From: Thecamonas trahens ATCC 50062
Taxonomy: Eukaryota > Protista > Apusomonadida
Direction of reading: 5' to 3'
Assembly: GCF_000142905.1 (NCBI RefSeq)
Contig: NW_013657620.1
Coordinates: 62,001-126,000 of the forward strand
Length of the DNA stretch: 64,000 nt
Every line of letters starts with the position of its first letter. Position 1 is the stretch's first letter. Both the position numbers and the translations under genes were made by a program. Below, piece after piece: positions 11,260 to 21,842 of the stretch. Below the pieces are notes generated by a model, which had not been told where the DNA came from, did not search any database, and saw only the letters and a program-made list of their open reading frames with translations.

Positions 11260-12963
11260 ATGTCGTCTTCATCGAGCGGATCAGATTCGTCATCCAGCTC
11301 ATCGTCTGCTCAATTGGCTCATCATGTTCCCAGTAGTGGTAGTGGTGGTGGTGGTGGTGGTGGTGGTGGTGGTGGTGGTGGCGATGATGATGTTGGCGCC
11401 GATGGTGGCGTGGGGGTTGAGCACCCGACCGCAGCTGCGGCGACAGAGACGGGCATGGGCAGCAGTGCACAAGTTACAGGCACCGAGCAAGGGACAGAAC
11501 AGGAGAATGCATTGTCTGAGGCTCAGGAAAGGGCGGACAAGGAGGTGCTGTCGACCGGCGAGGAATTGCTATATTCTGCACTCGGTCTGCTGGTGGCGGC
11601 TCATCCGTTGGCTGTTGTCTCCTCGCACGATGCCGGTAGTCCGGCTGGCGATGGTGCGGCTGTGAGGACGCCCAAGCGAGACTCACTTCACGGACGGGTG
11701 TCTGGTGCAGAGGCGACGCCTCCGCCTCGGGCTCGGGCTCGGGCTCGGGCTCAGCCTCGAGGTGGCGATGGTACCGAGAATGAGTTTGACTCGCTGACGC
11801 TATCGACAGCGTCGCCGGTACCGACAACGCGTTCGGCGAGTGCTGGGTCAGACGACGGCGCGAGCCAGAGTCGGCTGCAAGCGGCTCATCAAGCTGTGGG
11901 CGCGCGGGTGCCTGTGCGCGATTTGGAGCGGGCAGAAAAGGTGGCACGGATGAAAGATGTGTTTAAGCGATGGCGCGACGAGCGGCGGGCCGAGCTAGCG
12001 GCGCTGCCTGCGCCAGTGCCCGGGGTTGACGACGCGACGACGTGGGCCCGGATCCGGCTGCGGACTGCCGTTGGCAATGTCAAGGCCGCTGGGTCTGCGC
12101 TTCTAAAGGCGGTGCGGGCGACTGCGGCAGAGCCTACACGGCCCGAGCTGTGGCATGGTGAGGATGCGGCCGCAAGCAAGATGGCCATCGCGCTACAGAC
12201 GCTCTGCGACGATGCCGAGGCCCGTGCCGAGCTGGCGCGGATTGCGCAGCTTTGCACAGATGTGCTACATGCGGGACCAGCTGTCTACGCACCTCAGCCA
12301 GCGGTGAGTGATGGCGGCGGCGAGGGGGCCAGCAGCAGCACGCCGGTTTGGACGCCATGCCCGCCGCTGCCGACCGACGGCGAGGTGTGGGAGGCAGCAG
12401 TCGAGGCAGCAGGCGTGGCAGTGACGTCAACGGAGCGAGCATACGCGCGGCGACTGATGGCAGACCTGCCGCCGTGCCCGGGAACAATGTCGGGCATGCA
12501 GGCGCAGGTTGCACTGCTGCGGATGCGGCTGGCGTCAATGCATGAGCTGCTGCTGCACTCGTATCAAGCGCGCAGCTACACTGCTGCCGCGCGGCAAGGT
12601 GCAGACCAGCCGGTGCAGCCAGGGGCTAGGATCAGCCCAGCTCCTCAAAGTGATGGCGTGCCGCCGCGCCAGAGTCGCGAGTTTGGGACCGATCTGGCGC
12701 GAGCGCATCATGTGCTCCAGGTTTCGCACGCACACGCAGTCGAGGAGATCCACGCGCTCAAAGTGCGAAACCTCGACCTCGAGTCAGCCAACTACATGCT
12801 GCGCGGGGAAGTCCAGCGGCTGGCCGCACTGTGCGGCGAGCCTGCTGCGGACGGATGGATGGCTGGCGGTGACGGTGGCGGCGCGAGTGGGAGGTGGAAC
12901 GTCGATCACGGCAGGCTGCTAACAACGCTAGACGTGATGGCAGCGGCGGTGGAGGAGCTGTGA
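11260..12963 (+). CDS. Hypothetical protein with C-terminal coiled coil (567 aa)
   Basis: Long ORF with coding-like codon use; poly-Gly N-terminus; EEIHALKVRNLDLESANYMLRGEVQRL heptads. Confidence 0.65.
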   Translation: MSSSSSGSDSSSSSSSAQLAHHVPSSGSGGGGGGGGGGGGGDDDVGADGGVGVEHPTAAAATETGMGSSAQVTGTEQGTEQENALSEAQERADKEVLSTGEELLYSALGLLVAAHPLAVVSSHDAGSPAGDGAAVRTPKRDSLHGRVSGAEATPPPRARARARAQPRGGDGTENEFDSLTLSTASPVPTTRSASAGSDDGASQSRLQAAHQAVGARVPVRDLERAEKVARMKDVFKRWRDERRAELAALPAPVPGVDDATTWARIRLRTAVGNVKAAGSALLKAVRATAAEPTRPELWHGEDAAASKMAIALQTLCDDAEARAELARIAQLCTDVLHAGPAVYAPQPAVSDGGGEGASSSTPVWTPCPPLPTDGEVWEAAVEAAGVAVTSTERAYARRLMADLPPCPGTMSGMQAQVALLRMRLASMHELLLHSYQARSYTAAARQGADQPVQPGARISPAPQSDGVPPRQSREFGTDLARAHHVLQVSHAHAVEEIHALKVRNLDLESANYMLRGEVQRLAALCGEPAADGWMAGGDGGGASGRWNVDHGRLLTTLDVMAAAVEEL

Positions 12964-12974
12964 AGCTCGAGGAT

Positions 12975-14894
12975 TCATTTCGAATCAAGCGAGGTGGGTG
13001 CCGGCGAGGGTGAGAGCGAGGCCGAGGTCGAAGAGACCCTTGACCGTGACGGGACTCGTGAGCGGAAGCGAGGCGAGGGCGAGCCAGTGGCCACTCGCGG
13101 AACGGCACCGAGCGAGGCGCGAGCGGAGCGGAGCGGGGGCGATGTCTTCACAGGCGGGTGCAGCTCTCCTTGAGAGCGCGAGCCCGAGAGCGGCAGAGAG
13201 CCCAAGGCGACCCGCGATTCGAGCGGGGGGGGAGCTTGCTTGCTGACGCGACGAACGGATCGCTTGCCTCTCTTGGCAGCGTTGGCCACGTCCAGCGACG
13301 ACGACGAGAACGATGAGCCTGTGAGAGCGGCTCGATTGCGTTTCACCCGCGAGTCAGCGCTCGAGTTGGTGACGATGCGGCGGCGAGGGCGGGCGCCACG
13401 AGCAGGTGATGTCGATGACGCGCCGTTCTGGGATGCCGAGCGGACGTGGGCGCGCGAGCCGAGTGAGCTGCGCCGACCAGGCCTGCCACCGCTTCCCTGC
13501 CGCGGCAGCTGTAGCAAGTCCTGCCTGTCAGCGCTGCCGACGAGGGCATCTGCAACAGCGACGGCCTGGGACGACGACGGAGTAACAGGCAAGGTCGGCG
13601 AGCGCATGGTGGTGTTGGATGACGGGCTGTGGTCGGAGAATTCGGTAGCCGACTCGAAGCCCGACTCGAACGGGGTATGAAGGATATCAACACCACCGAG
13701 TGAGACCGAAATGGAGCGGTTGGGCAAGTCGCGCCATACTGGCCCGTCGTCTGCGGCGTTGGTCTTGGAGTCGAGGGTGACCGCCATGGCGCGCTCGAGC
13801 CGGCCCGTCGAGACGGCGTACGCCAGTGACACGTCTCTGACGGCCGCAGTTTGCCTGCAGCGGATGCAGACGATGACGGCGACGACGACGAGCAGGGCGA
13901 CCACGCCCACAATCAGCGCAACCTCGGCGGCTAGAGTAACCGAAGAGAGGCCAAAGATGGGCGAGCGCGGCGGCGGCGGCGGTGGAGGCGACGGGACCGA
14001 TGTTGAAGTCCGGCTTGCTGTGCCAAGCAGCAAGCCCGAAGCCAAAAAACCGTCGGCTGAGCAGGCGACGGCGGGAGGGCTGAGCGGATCGAGATCGTCG
14101 ATGGCCGGACAGGCAGCGTCAAGGCCAACAAACGAAACACCACGGCGGGCGCGGACAGTGACATTGCCAGCAATGACAGCTCGGGAGCCATTCGGCGCCA
14201 GCTTGAAGATCACGCACCCGAGCTCATCCGCAGCACACGCGCATCCAGGTGAAGCCGGGACCGGAGCCGGACCGACACCTGGGACGACACGGCAGAGCGA
14301 AGCATGGCCGGTCTCGGGCACATAGTCGCAAATCTGGGCCGTCGTGGTGAGCTGCGGCTGGGCCGCTGATTGAAGGTGAAAGACGCCCGCTGCGACGTGG
14401 AGATCAAATTGGGACCAGACAGCCTCTGCAGCTTCTGCTGGGCAGGGAGCGGCAGTAGATGCAGACGGCGAAGTGTCCTCAGCGATGGGTGGATGGAAGA
14501 GATTGACCCAGACCGACCGAGCAGTGATGGCGCCATGCCATGTGCCGACGACAGCTTGGCAATAGGAGAGCGAGTCAATTAGCGGCGAGCAGAGCGAAGC
14601 GAGCGAGGGAGCATCTGAGCAAAGAGACGAAGCAGGCCAAGTTGACATAGTATCAGACAGACCATGTCGAAGACCAGAGTATGAGGCACATGTATTTGAT
14701 GTCGAATTCCAGTCACAAGCTGCCCATCCCGAGCTCGAGCTCGTCGACTCGAAACTAGCTTTGCAAGACAAGCATCCAGCAAGTTGGCCACACGACGACG
14801 TCAGCCCATGTTCCATTATGGGTGCGCTTACGGAGGTTACAGAGGATATGAAGGAGAGAAGGAGAACAAGGCCAAGTGTTACATGCAAACTCAT
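12975..14894 (-). CDS. Type I membrane protein, Cys-rich (PSI-like) ectodomain and Ser/Arg-rich cytoplasmic tail
   Basis: Signal peptide MSLHVTLGLVLLLSFISSVTS; C..C..C...CDW.....C motif; TM VALIVGVVALLVVVAVIVCI. Start codon uncertain (14894 or 14936). Confidence 0.7.
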   Translation of the reverse strand: MSLHVTLGLVLLLSFISSVTSVSAPIMEHGLTSSCGQLAGCLSCKASFESTSSSSGWAACDWNSTSNTCASYSGLRHGLSDTMSTWPASSLCSDAPSLASLCSPLIDSLSYCQAVVGTWHGAITARSVWVNLFHPPIAEDTSPSASTAAPCPAEAAEAVWSQFDLHVAAGVFHLQSAAQPQLTTTAQICDYVPETGHASLCRVVPGVGPAPVPASPGCACAADELGCVIFKLAPNGSRAVIAGNVTVRARRGVSFVGLDAACPAIDDLDPLSPPAVACSADGFLASGLLLGTASRTSTSVPSPPPPPPPRSPIFGLSSVTLAAEVALIVGVVALLVVVAVIVCIRCRQTAAVRDVSLAYAVSTGRLERAMAVTLDSKTNAADDGPVWRDLPNRSISVSLGGVDILHTPFESGFESATEFSDHSPSSNTTMRSPTLPVTPSSSQAVAVADALVGSADRQDLLQLPRQGSGGRPGRRSSLGSRAHVRSASQNGASSTSPARGARPRRRIVTNSSADSRVKRNRAALTGSSFSSSSLDVANAAKRGKRSVRRVSKQAPPPLESRVALGSLPLSGSRSQGELHPPVKTSPPLRSARASLGAVPRVATGSPSPRFRSRVPSRSRVSSTSASLSPSPAPTSLDSK

Positions 14895-15671
14895 TACCCA
14901 TGTTCTCCTTGCCTTCTCTACCAACACCATACTCATACACCACGTCAAGTACAGGCTTGGAAAGTCGGGGGTGAGCCGTGCCAATCGTTGTTCGCTCGAG
15001 AAAGTCGCGTAACAAACGTTCGTTAATTGGTATGACAGAAAAAAAATCTCTTTCCGCTCTCCGCTCCACGTGCTGCACAACCAGTTGGTAACGACGAGGA
15101 ATGTCCTGGAGATGGGAGCAGTGATAAGCGAGTGTACGAGGCTGATGAGTACTAGCGAGGGTGGGAGAGGAGGGGGCAGGGGTGTAACCGTGTGGCGTAG
15201 CGGAAGAGTTTGAGTGAGTCGAGCGTTGGCCAAAGGGTGGTGGAATTGGTGGGGGATCTGGGTGGTGGAGACTGGTGACGAGGGTGAGGAGTAGTGGCGA
15301 AGGATGGAGAGGCCGTGATCGTGCGCTGGCTCTTGTCGCCGTCGCCAACGCTATCACTCACTGCACGCTGAAGCACAGTGAGCGCAAGCGGGGCGCTTGG
15401 TCGACGAAGATGCGCTTTGCCGACAGAACCGAGAAACGTATCGCCATCACCCATGATCATGTACTCCAGCCTGAGCGCTGATGAGGGCAGGAAGCTGATG
15501 TACGCGGCCGCGCTTTGCAGAGTCGTGCAGAGGGCATCGACGGCAGCACACACCCATGTACCATCATCTACTGCACCACAGTATGTCTTTGTCAACCAAC
15601 TCCTCTGACCAACGATTAACTCTTGTTCATATTAGTACACCTCATCATCAGCAGCACTCGACTCATTAATC

Positions 15672-17251
15672 ATGGCAACCGATGTGGCGGCATGCCTTGA
15701 CGCCTTTCACCACGCACTGGCCGCAGACTTTGGTGGCATGCGAGCCACGGCAGAGCAAATGCGCTCAGTTGTAGACATGCCTCCACTCTCTGCAGATGAT
15801 GGTAAGCTTCCATTCCCACTCCCCATGCCCATCCCCCCCCCCCCTTCTCCCTCGCTCTTTCCGTAAATTTCAAATTTTGTGTTCCTTTGGCAACGCGCGC
15901 CACCAGAGCACCTGCTAGCCATGGCGGGCGACTTACGACGACGAGCATGTTGGGGCGGCGATGCGGGTGGGGAACAACAGGCTCGCGTGCTCAAGAGACT
16001 AAGAATGAAGTGACTGCTCGGGTGGGCAAGGTCCAGGAGGCGTGTGCCTCGCTCGCGGGCTCGCTGGAAGACGCGCCGTCGGTGGCCGATGTGGTGGCGG
16101 CGGTGCGGGCGCTGATGGCCGCCAACGCGGCGCAGCTGGCGGCTCTGGCAGGTGGGGACGAGACTGCGTCTGGCAAGTTTGGTGATGTCGGTACGGACAC
16201 TGCTGGCGACGGTGTGGGCTATGGCATGGGCATGCACGAGCTGGACGACGAGCCGACCGGCTGGTCGCCTGTCGCCGACAAGTCCGCCGCCGCCGGCCTC
16301 GACGAGCCGGTTGTCAGCTCTTTGCCAACCCACACTCCACTGACGACCAATACGGCAATGAGGGCCCCGGTTGCTGCGATGGGAAGCCCGGGATCGGCCT
16401 TCCGCACGCCCGGGAAGAAGGCGCCACGGGCAGCCGCGCTGATGGCCGAGAGCGGACTCGCCACGCCGACCCTCGAAGACTTTGGCCTCTCTGCGGCATC
16501 AATGGCAGCACTCTCGCTCTCGCAAAACGCACCACCATCTCAGCTTGAGTATCAGCCGCGGCCTGCGGCCCAGCGGACAGTTGAGCCCGTGGTTCAGACC
16601 AAGCCAGTGGCAGCGACAGTCGCGACGCCTGTAGCGCCGCGCGTCGCTGCGGCCACGCAGGCAGAGCCGCGCGTCCCTGCACCCACACAGGCAAAGCCTG
16701 CCCCAACTGAGAACGAGTGGGACATGCTCGAATCTCCCGAACCGATGGCCATGCCGTCGAGCTTGGCTGCAACCGGAGGCTACGACGAGGCCAAGACGCC
16801 TGCCCGGCCGACGGCAGCTGCGGGCGCCGGCGCCGCTGAGCCGGCGGCCGAGCCGGCAGCGGCACTGGCGCCCAAGACGCCGCTGCTTCAGCGGTGCGCG
16901 GCGCTGGAAGCCAAGACGCCGATGTTTGACCGGCTGTCGATGTCTGAGACCAAGCGGGTGTACCCCGAGGGCCTTGATGTGCTCACGCCGCTCGAGGACG
17001 ACTCTGCTATCCCGGCATACCTCCGGGTGCAGGTCTCGCTCAAGTGCGTCAACTCGACGCTCGAGGAGATTAACCAGCTGCTCGCAGACAAGTTTGAGGC
17101 CGGTGACGAGCCGTTCTTCACCCAGGACGAGCTCCTGGAGCTCGGGCTTCAGCGGTCGCAGATGAAGGCCATCGTCCTCATCCTCGTCAATGTCCGCGCC
17201 GTTGCTTCACGCAAGGTCGGCACCGCCACCCGCTACGTGGTCCGTGTGTAG
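15672..17251 (+). CDS. SKA3: Spindle and kinetochore-associated protein 3; join(15672..15801,15981..17251)
   Basis: N-terminal helical region, TPTLEDFGLS motif, many TP sites, C-terminal IPAYLR...INQLL...FFTQDELLELGL...KAIVLILV...TRYVV domain like plant-type SKA3. The intron GTAAGC(15802)..CAG(15980) keeps frame. Confidence 0.7.
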
Positions 17252-17499
17252 CTGGCAAAGAGATAAACTGTATCATGATCAGCATCAGCCAAACCCGGCC
17301 CTTGGCCCAGCCCGGCCCGTGCCCCCGCCCGACCTCCTCTCCCGCGAAACTCGACCAACTGGCATGACCCCGACCCGACTCACTGGCCCTGGGCAGGGAC
17401 ACAAGCTACGAGCACAAGTCCAAGTCGCGAGAGGCGACACGCGACTGTAGAAGAAGAGTCGGAGGAGGCGCGGACAGGAGAAGGACAAAGAGAGGGGCT

Positions 17500-17883
17500 A
17501 TGTTTGACGACGTGTCGTTTGAGTGGGTTGGCGGCGGATGGATACCTGTGGCCGTCGCTCCGTGAGGCTCGGACAATTGGGTGGTGGCCAAGGTCATTGC
17601 CATGGACATGGCCATCATCGGTCTGCCCATTGTTACTCTGGCAATTATTGTCTGGTCCATGCTGTGGTTTTGCTTCCTCGGGCCAGAGCTCCGTCGTCGG
17701 AAGCGTCTCCGTCGTGAGCGACGTCGTCGCATCCGTGCTGCCCGCACTGCCGCCGATCGCGTTCGAAGCGCTGTCGATGGCGATGGCGATGGCGATGGCG
17801 ACGAGGCCTCTGCTGAACCACGGGTGGCTGCGGCGACAGGCGTGGATACATCTGCTAGGCAGGGGATGCGGCACAGGACATGA
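17500..17883 (+). CDS. Small single-TM protein; candidate selenoprotein (in-frame TGA at 17563-17565) or shorter ORF from ATG 17602
   Basis: MFDDVSFEWVGGGWIPVAVAP-TGA-GSDNWVVAKVIAMDMAIIGLPIVTLAIIVWSMLWFCFLG followed by an Arg-rich stop-transfer segment; same frame on both sides of the TGA. Confidence 0.5.
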
Positions 17884-17930
17884 AAGCGCGCGATGTGGAC
17901 CCAGGGGGAATGGGGTGGGGTGCGGGCAAG

Positions 17931-18018
17931 GTCGTTTCGGATGGCGATGACGCCCAGATGCGCAAGGGCCGACTGCCATGCAGCGGTACCAGCATCTGCG
18001 GCCGAGCAAGGACTACGA
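17931..18018 (+). promoter_or_regulatory. SECIS-like stem-loop in 3' UTR
   Basis: ATGA (17947-50), 10-bp helix GCC-CAGATGC/GCATCTG-C-GGC, unpaired AA (17964-65) 13 nt after ATGA, apical ministem, GA (18004-05) opposite the core; ATTAAA at 18046. Confidence 0.4.
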
Positions 18019-18067
18019 GTCCGTTGGGCTGCTTTGCATCCCCACATTAAAGCAGTGCGCGTGAGGT

Positions 18068-19407
18068 TTACTGGACCGCCGGCGCAGCGGGGTCGAGCTC
18101 GTGGTCAGCCTCGGGCGGAGGGGTGTCGCGGTGGCGGAGCGTCTCGAGGACCGAGAAGCCGAGGATGACGACGGCAATGCCGGCCAGACGGACCGGCGAA
18201 GAGTGGACGGCAGCAGAAGGCTCAATCCAGCCGTGGATGTAGTCGACGAGGACGGTGGTGGGGACGCAGAGCATGTTGGCGATGGCCACAAAGAGCGGTG
18301 ACGAAACGAGGAGGGCGACAAAGACAAAGACGTTGAGCGCCTTGAGCAGGAGCTGCGCAATGAGCGTCCACAGCCAGACCTGGCCACTCGGCGGAAGCTC
18401 GACAGGATGCTTCTGGCCGTACTGCTGGATGAGGAAGCCAGGCGCGAGGACAAAGGCCATGAGGCCCATGAGAGTGACGTAGCCAGTGAGGTACGAGATG
18501 TTGGCGCCGCGAAGAGTCATGTTGAAAAAGACAAGACCCAACGCAAGGAGAAGGCCGGCAAAGGCACAGATGATATCACCGGCAACAGGATTGGGGGCGT
18601 GCGACGAGTCGTGCTCCGCCATTGCAGTCATGGCTGTTCCGCCGAGGCAGAGGACCACTGCCAGCGACTTGCCCCACGTCGCCGACTCGCCCAACAGCAG
18701 CCACGAGAGGCCGTAGACAAAGACAGCAGACGACGAGACAAAGGTGATGGCCGATCCAGGCGAGGTCAGCGCCAGGCCTGCAAACGAAGCAGCGTTGGAG
18801 AGGGCAAACAGCGCCGCAACCCCACCCGAGACACCCGCCAGCTTGGCCATGCTCATCTTCCGAGCCGCCAGCGTAGCTTTCAAGTTCTCCCACAGCGACA
18901 TCTCTCCACCATCCGCCCCACCTACGACTCGCTGGTCCGCTGCGGTCAGCAGCGGCGCTGCCTCGCCTTGACCAAGTCGACCACGATCACAATCACGATC
19001 ACGAGCACGAGCACGATCATCCGCAAGGTGATCATCCGCAAGGTGATCATCCGCAAGGTGATGGCGACGTTGACCACCCATGCGTGACGCAATCATATGG
19101 CGAGGAGATGGAAGCGGATCATATGGCGAGGGGATGGAAGCGGATCAGGGGCAGCAATGGACTTGCCCGTGGAGAGGCATGGCCAGATGAGGTAGACAAG
19201 GGGAGCAGCGAGAGCATTGAGGATGGCATTGATGAATGATTGAAGAAATGGTTGCTTGTAATCGAGTCCGGTCGAGACATGCTTGAGTGCCTGCACATAG
19301 CCCACGTACGACGCCACAATCCCACCTGCAAGTCCCAACTGTACCCATAACCCGTTCCTGCCCTTGCGCTCACGAGTGCTCCCACCAACTCTCTCTGCCT
19401 TTCCCAT
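18068..19407 (-). CDS. DMT-superfamily SLC35F-like transporter (~446 aa; frameshift near 19093-19145)
   Basis: N-terminal part YKQPFLQSFIN with 2 TMs; C-terminal part SNAASFAGLALTSPGSAITFVSSSAVFVYGLSWLLLGE...GDII...SPLFVAIANMLCVP. Frame broken within a 26-bp tandem duplication. Confidence 0.8.
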
Positions 19408-19451
19408 ATTCCCTCCAAACACCTCGTCGGATTGAGTTGACTGTCTCGTGT

Positions 19452-19515
19452 GACTCGCCGCACTCGTCCGACTCGCCGCACTCGTCCGACTCGCTGCACT
19501 CGTCCGACTCGCCGC
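19452..19515. repeat. 18-bp tandem repeat (GACTCGCCGCACTCGTCC) x~3.5
   Basis: Direct reading; upstream of the transporter start. Confidence 0.85.
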
Positions 19516-19748
19516 GCGCACCTCACCATCACCTGCCTCTGCGAGTCAGACAGATGCTCAGTTGTGATGGGCGGTGATGACATGAATTGGCACATGCTGG
19601 ATGGGGATCGATTGGTTGGCATTCAAACTCTGCTGGGTATTAGCGGGCGGATTGGCATGCGAGGAGGAGGAGGAGGAGAGGGAGGGGGGGAAGGGTAGTT
19701 TGTGTGGACTCGTTTCCCCGTGGCCTACGTGCAGCTGTACATCATTGA

Positions 19749-21842
19749 CTACGATGATGACGATGATGACGATGGTGATAAAGTTGAGGAGCGAGTAGCG
19801 GCTCGGGTTGAGTCCGAAGTGCTTGCATGCTTTCTGTAGATCTTGTCCGACTCGTTCGACTTGCCCATCGCGTCCTCCTCCAGCGAGGACGCAATTGACT
19901 GAGCCCGCCCCCGCCTAGTGGCGGCAAAGACGATCGCGCCGACTGACGTGAGGACGAGGATAATTGCCACAGCCGAGACGGTGATGAGCAATGTGCTGCG
20001 TGCGAAAGAGGATGATGGCGACGAAGCAGTCTCTGCCGTCGCGGTCACGACGCAACTCTTAGCGTCGCAGGACACCGAGACGCCGGTGGCTGAGCCGGAT
20101 GCCGCCCGGGTCGCGGGGCCGACTAGACGTGCCGCGCTAAACTGTCCTATGACGTTTCCGGCGGTCAAGATGGTGATCTGTGTCCCAGCGTCGAGCAGCC
20201 CGTTGACCGGGAGCCGGATGATGAGAAGCGGACGCTCGAGGGTCACAGACGTTGTTGCCGTCACGTAAGACTGCGCCACGTTTGCCGGGTCAATTGGGAG
20301 CATAATCGAGAGCGTGCTTGATGGACCCAAAACGATGGAGCTTGCGGTGACTCGACCGGCACCCGACACGCTCAGCGTGCCGACAACGGTCAACGTGTTG
20401 GCGATGGTGAGCGAGGACGGGACCGTGACCGTTGCCCCAACCCCGACCTGTGCTCCACCAGTCACTGTCATCGGAACACCGATGGTGAGGCCCTGCGTCC
20501 CGTTGACGACAAGGTCAGCGACGACCGAATCGGTCACCAGCGATCCGGTGTCGCAGAGCGAAACCGAGGCGACCATGCTCGAGACTGGCGTCGCAGGCGC
20601 GTACACCGTTCCACAGAACGAGATGGCAGCTAGCGTGGTGAGCGGCTCCACAGCGGTGCCCAGGGCGGGCGCTGCGCTCCGCTCAGCCACCGGAATCCAC
20701 CCCCCGTCTACATCAAGCGGCGGAGGCGGCGATGGCGGAGGCGGCGACGGCGGCGGAGGCGCTGGCGGAGGCGGCGACGGCGGCGGAGGCGATGGCGGCG
20801 GTAGCGGAGGCGGCGATGGCGGCGGCGATGGCGGCGGAGGTGGGGCTGGGGCGCGGCACTGCGCGGTCGAGTAGTCGCCGATCACACGACTCACCTCGCC
20901 GGACGCCAGGGTGACTTTGCGGATGACCGAGTTGGCCACGCACGCCTGAACAAAGATCAGCGACGTACCGTCAACCGAGAGCGTCAGCGACCGCGGCTGC
21001 AGCCGTGCGGCGGCACCGAGAGCATCAACTGGATCAAAGACGCTGGCACCGCCTGCGATGTTGATCACTTTGCCGGTGGCCACGGCGACAGAGCGGATGG
21101 TGCTCGTGTCGGCGACATACAATGTCGCGCCATCGCTCGAGAGCGCTAGCGCCCGGGGCGAGTCGAACCGAGCAGCGGCACCAGTGGCATCAATGCGCCC
21201 GGCGGCACCTGCTGTGCCTGCAAGAGTTGACACAGTTGCCGCAGCGAGGTCAACTCGACGCACAACATGGTTGCCACGATCCGCCACGTACAGCGTCGTG
21301 TCATCAACAGCCAGATGAACCGGCGACGAGAAGGATGCCGAGGCGCACGCGCCATCAGCCGAGCCGACCGCCCCCACACCGCAAAAGATAGAGACGGCCC
21401 AGTTTGCCCCGGGATCGAGTTTGCGGATGCGGTGGGCCGAGGCACCGATCTCCGACACGTAGACAAAGCCCGCGCCTGATCCGAGGGCAGCTGCCGCCGC
21501 CGGCGACGAGAACCGTGCCGCCGCGCCGACGCCATCCGTCGAGCCTGGCACGCCCGATGAGCCAGCAACGATAGCAGTGGTCATTTCACCATCCCTCACA
21601 TGTCCAGAGTACAGCACATGATTCGTCGGCGAGGGAATGATCAAAGTTGACAACGTCCAGAAAGTGCCAGCGCCGCCGTTGTTCGCCGAACCGCCGCCTT
21701 CCACCGCGAGCCAACCTCCATCGGTGCTGACAAGGCCTCGGGCGGACTGTGTAGCCACCAGAAGAGAGCAAAAAGTCGGGAACGGTAAGAGTATTGCCAC
21801 AAGTACCACAGGGTGCAATAGTGGCGCCACACTTGTTCGCAT
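19749..21842 (-). CDS. Type I surface protein: NHL beta-propeller, (SPPPP)n stalk, beta-strand-rich domain, TM
   Basis: Signal peptide; repeats G..G..DG...AARF.SP...LYVAD..NH..R; extensin-like Pro tract at 20715-20850; TM LLITVSAVAIILVLTSVGAIVFA. Confidence 0.8.
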   Translation of the reverse strand: MRTSVAPLLHPVVLVAILLPFPTFCSLLVATQSARGLVSTDGGWLAVEGGGSANNGGAGTFWTLSTLIIPSPTNHVLYSGHVRDGEMTTAIVAGSSGVPGSTDGVGAAARFSSPAAAAALGSGAGFVYVSEIGASAHRIRKLDPGANWAVSIFCGVGAVGSADGACASASFSSPVHLAVDDTTLYVADRGNHVVRRVDLAAATVSTLAGTAGAAGRIDATGAAARFDSPRALALSSDGATLYVADTSTIRSVAVATGKVINIAGGASVFDPVDALGAAARLQPRSLTLSVDGTSLIFVQACVANSVIRKVTLASGEVSRVIGDYSTAQCRAPAPPPPPSPPPSPPPLPPPSPPPPSPPPPAPPPPSPPPPSPPPPLDVDGGWIPVAERSAAPALGTAVEPLTTLAAISFCGTVYAPATPVSSMVASVSLCDTGSLVTDSVVADLVVNGTQGLTIGVPMTVTGGAQVGVGATVTVPSSLTIANTLTVVGTLSVSGAGRVTASSIVLGPSSTLSIMLPIDPANVAQSYVTATTSVTLERPLLIIRLPVNGLLDAGTQITILTAGNVIGQFSAARLVGPATRAASGSATGVSVSCDAKSCVVTATAETASSPSSSFARSTLLITVSAVAIILVLTSVGAIVFAATRRGRAQSIASSLEEDAMGKSNESDKIYRKHASTSDSTRAATRSSTLSPSSSSSSS

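Noticed and set aside
15152-15595. 147-aa minus-strand ORF with TTG start
   Set aside because: No motif recognised and an in-frame stop lies just upstream; cannot be supported, though a small spliced gene is possible.
17533-17553. GGWIPVA peptide shared with the NHL protein (DGGWIPVA near 20690)
   Set aside because: Seven residues with no flanking similarity; probably chance.
17811-17858. Alternative-frame Cys-TGA (CU) motif upstream of the SECIS-like hairpin
   Set aside because: That frame reads RWRWRWRW just upstream and has no plausible start; the TM-encoding frame is more protein-like.
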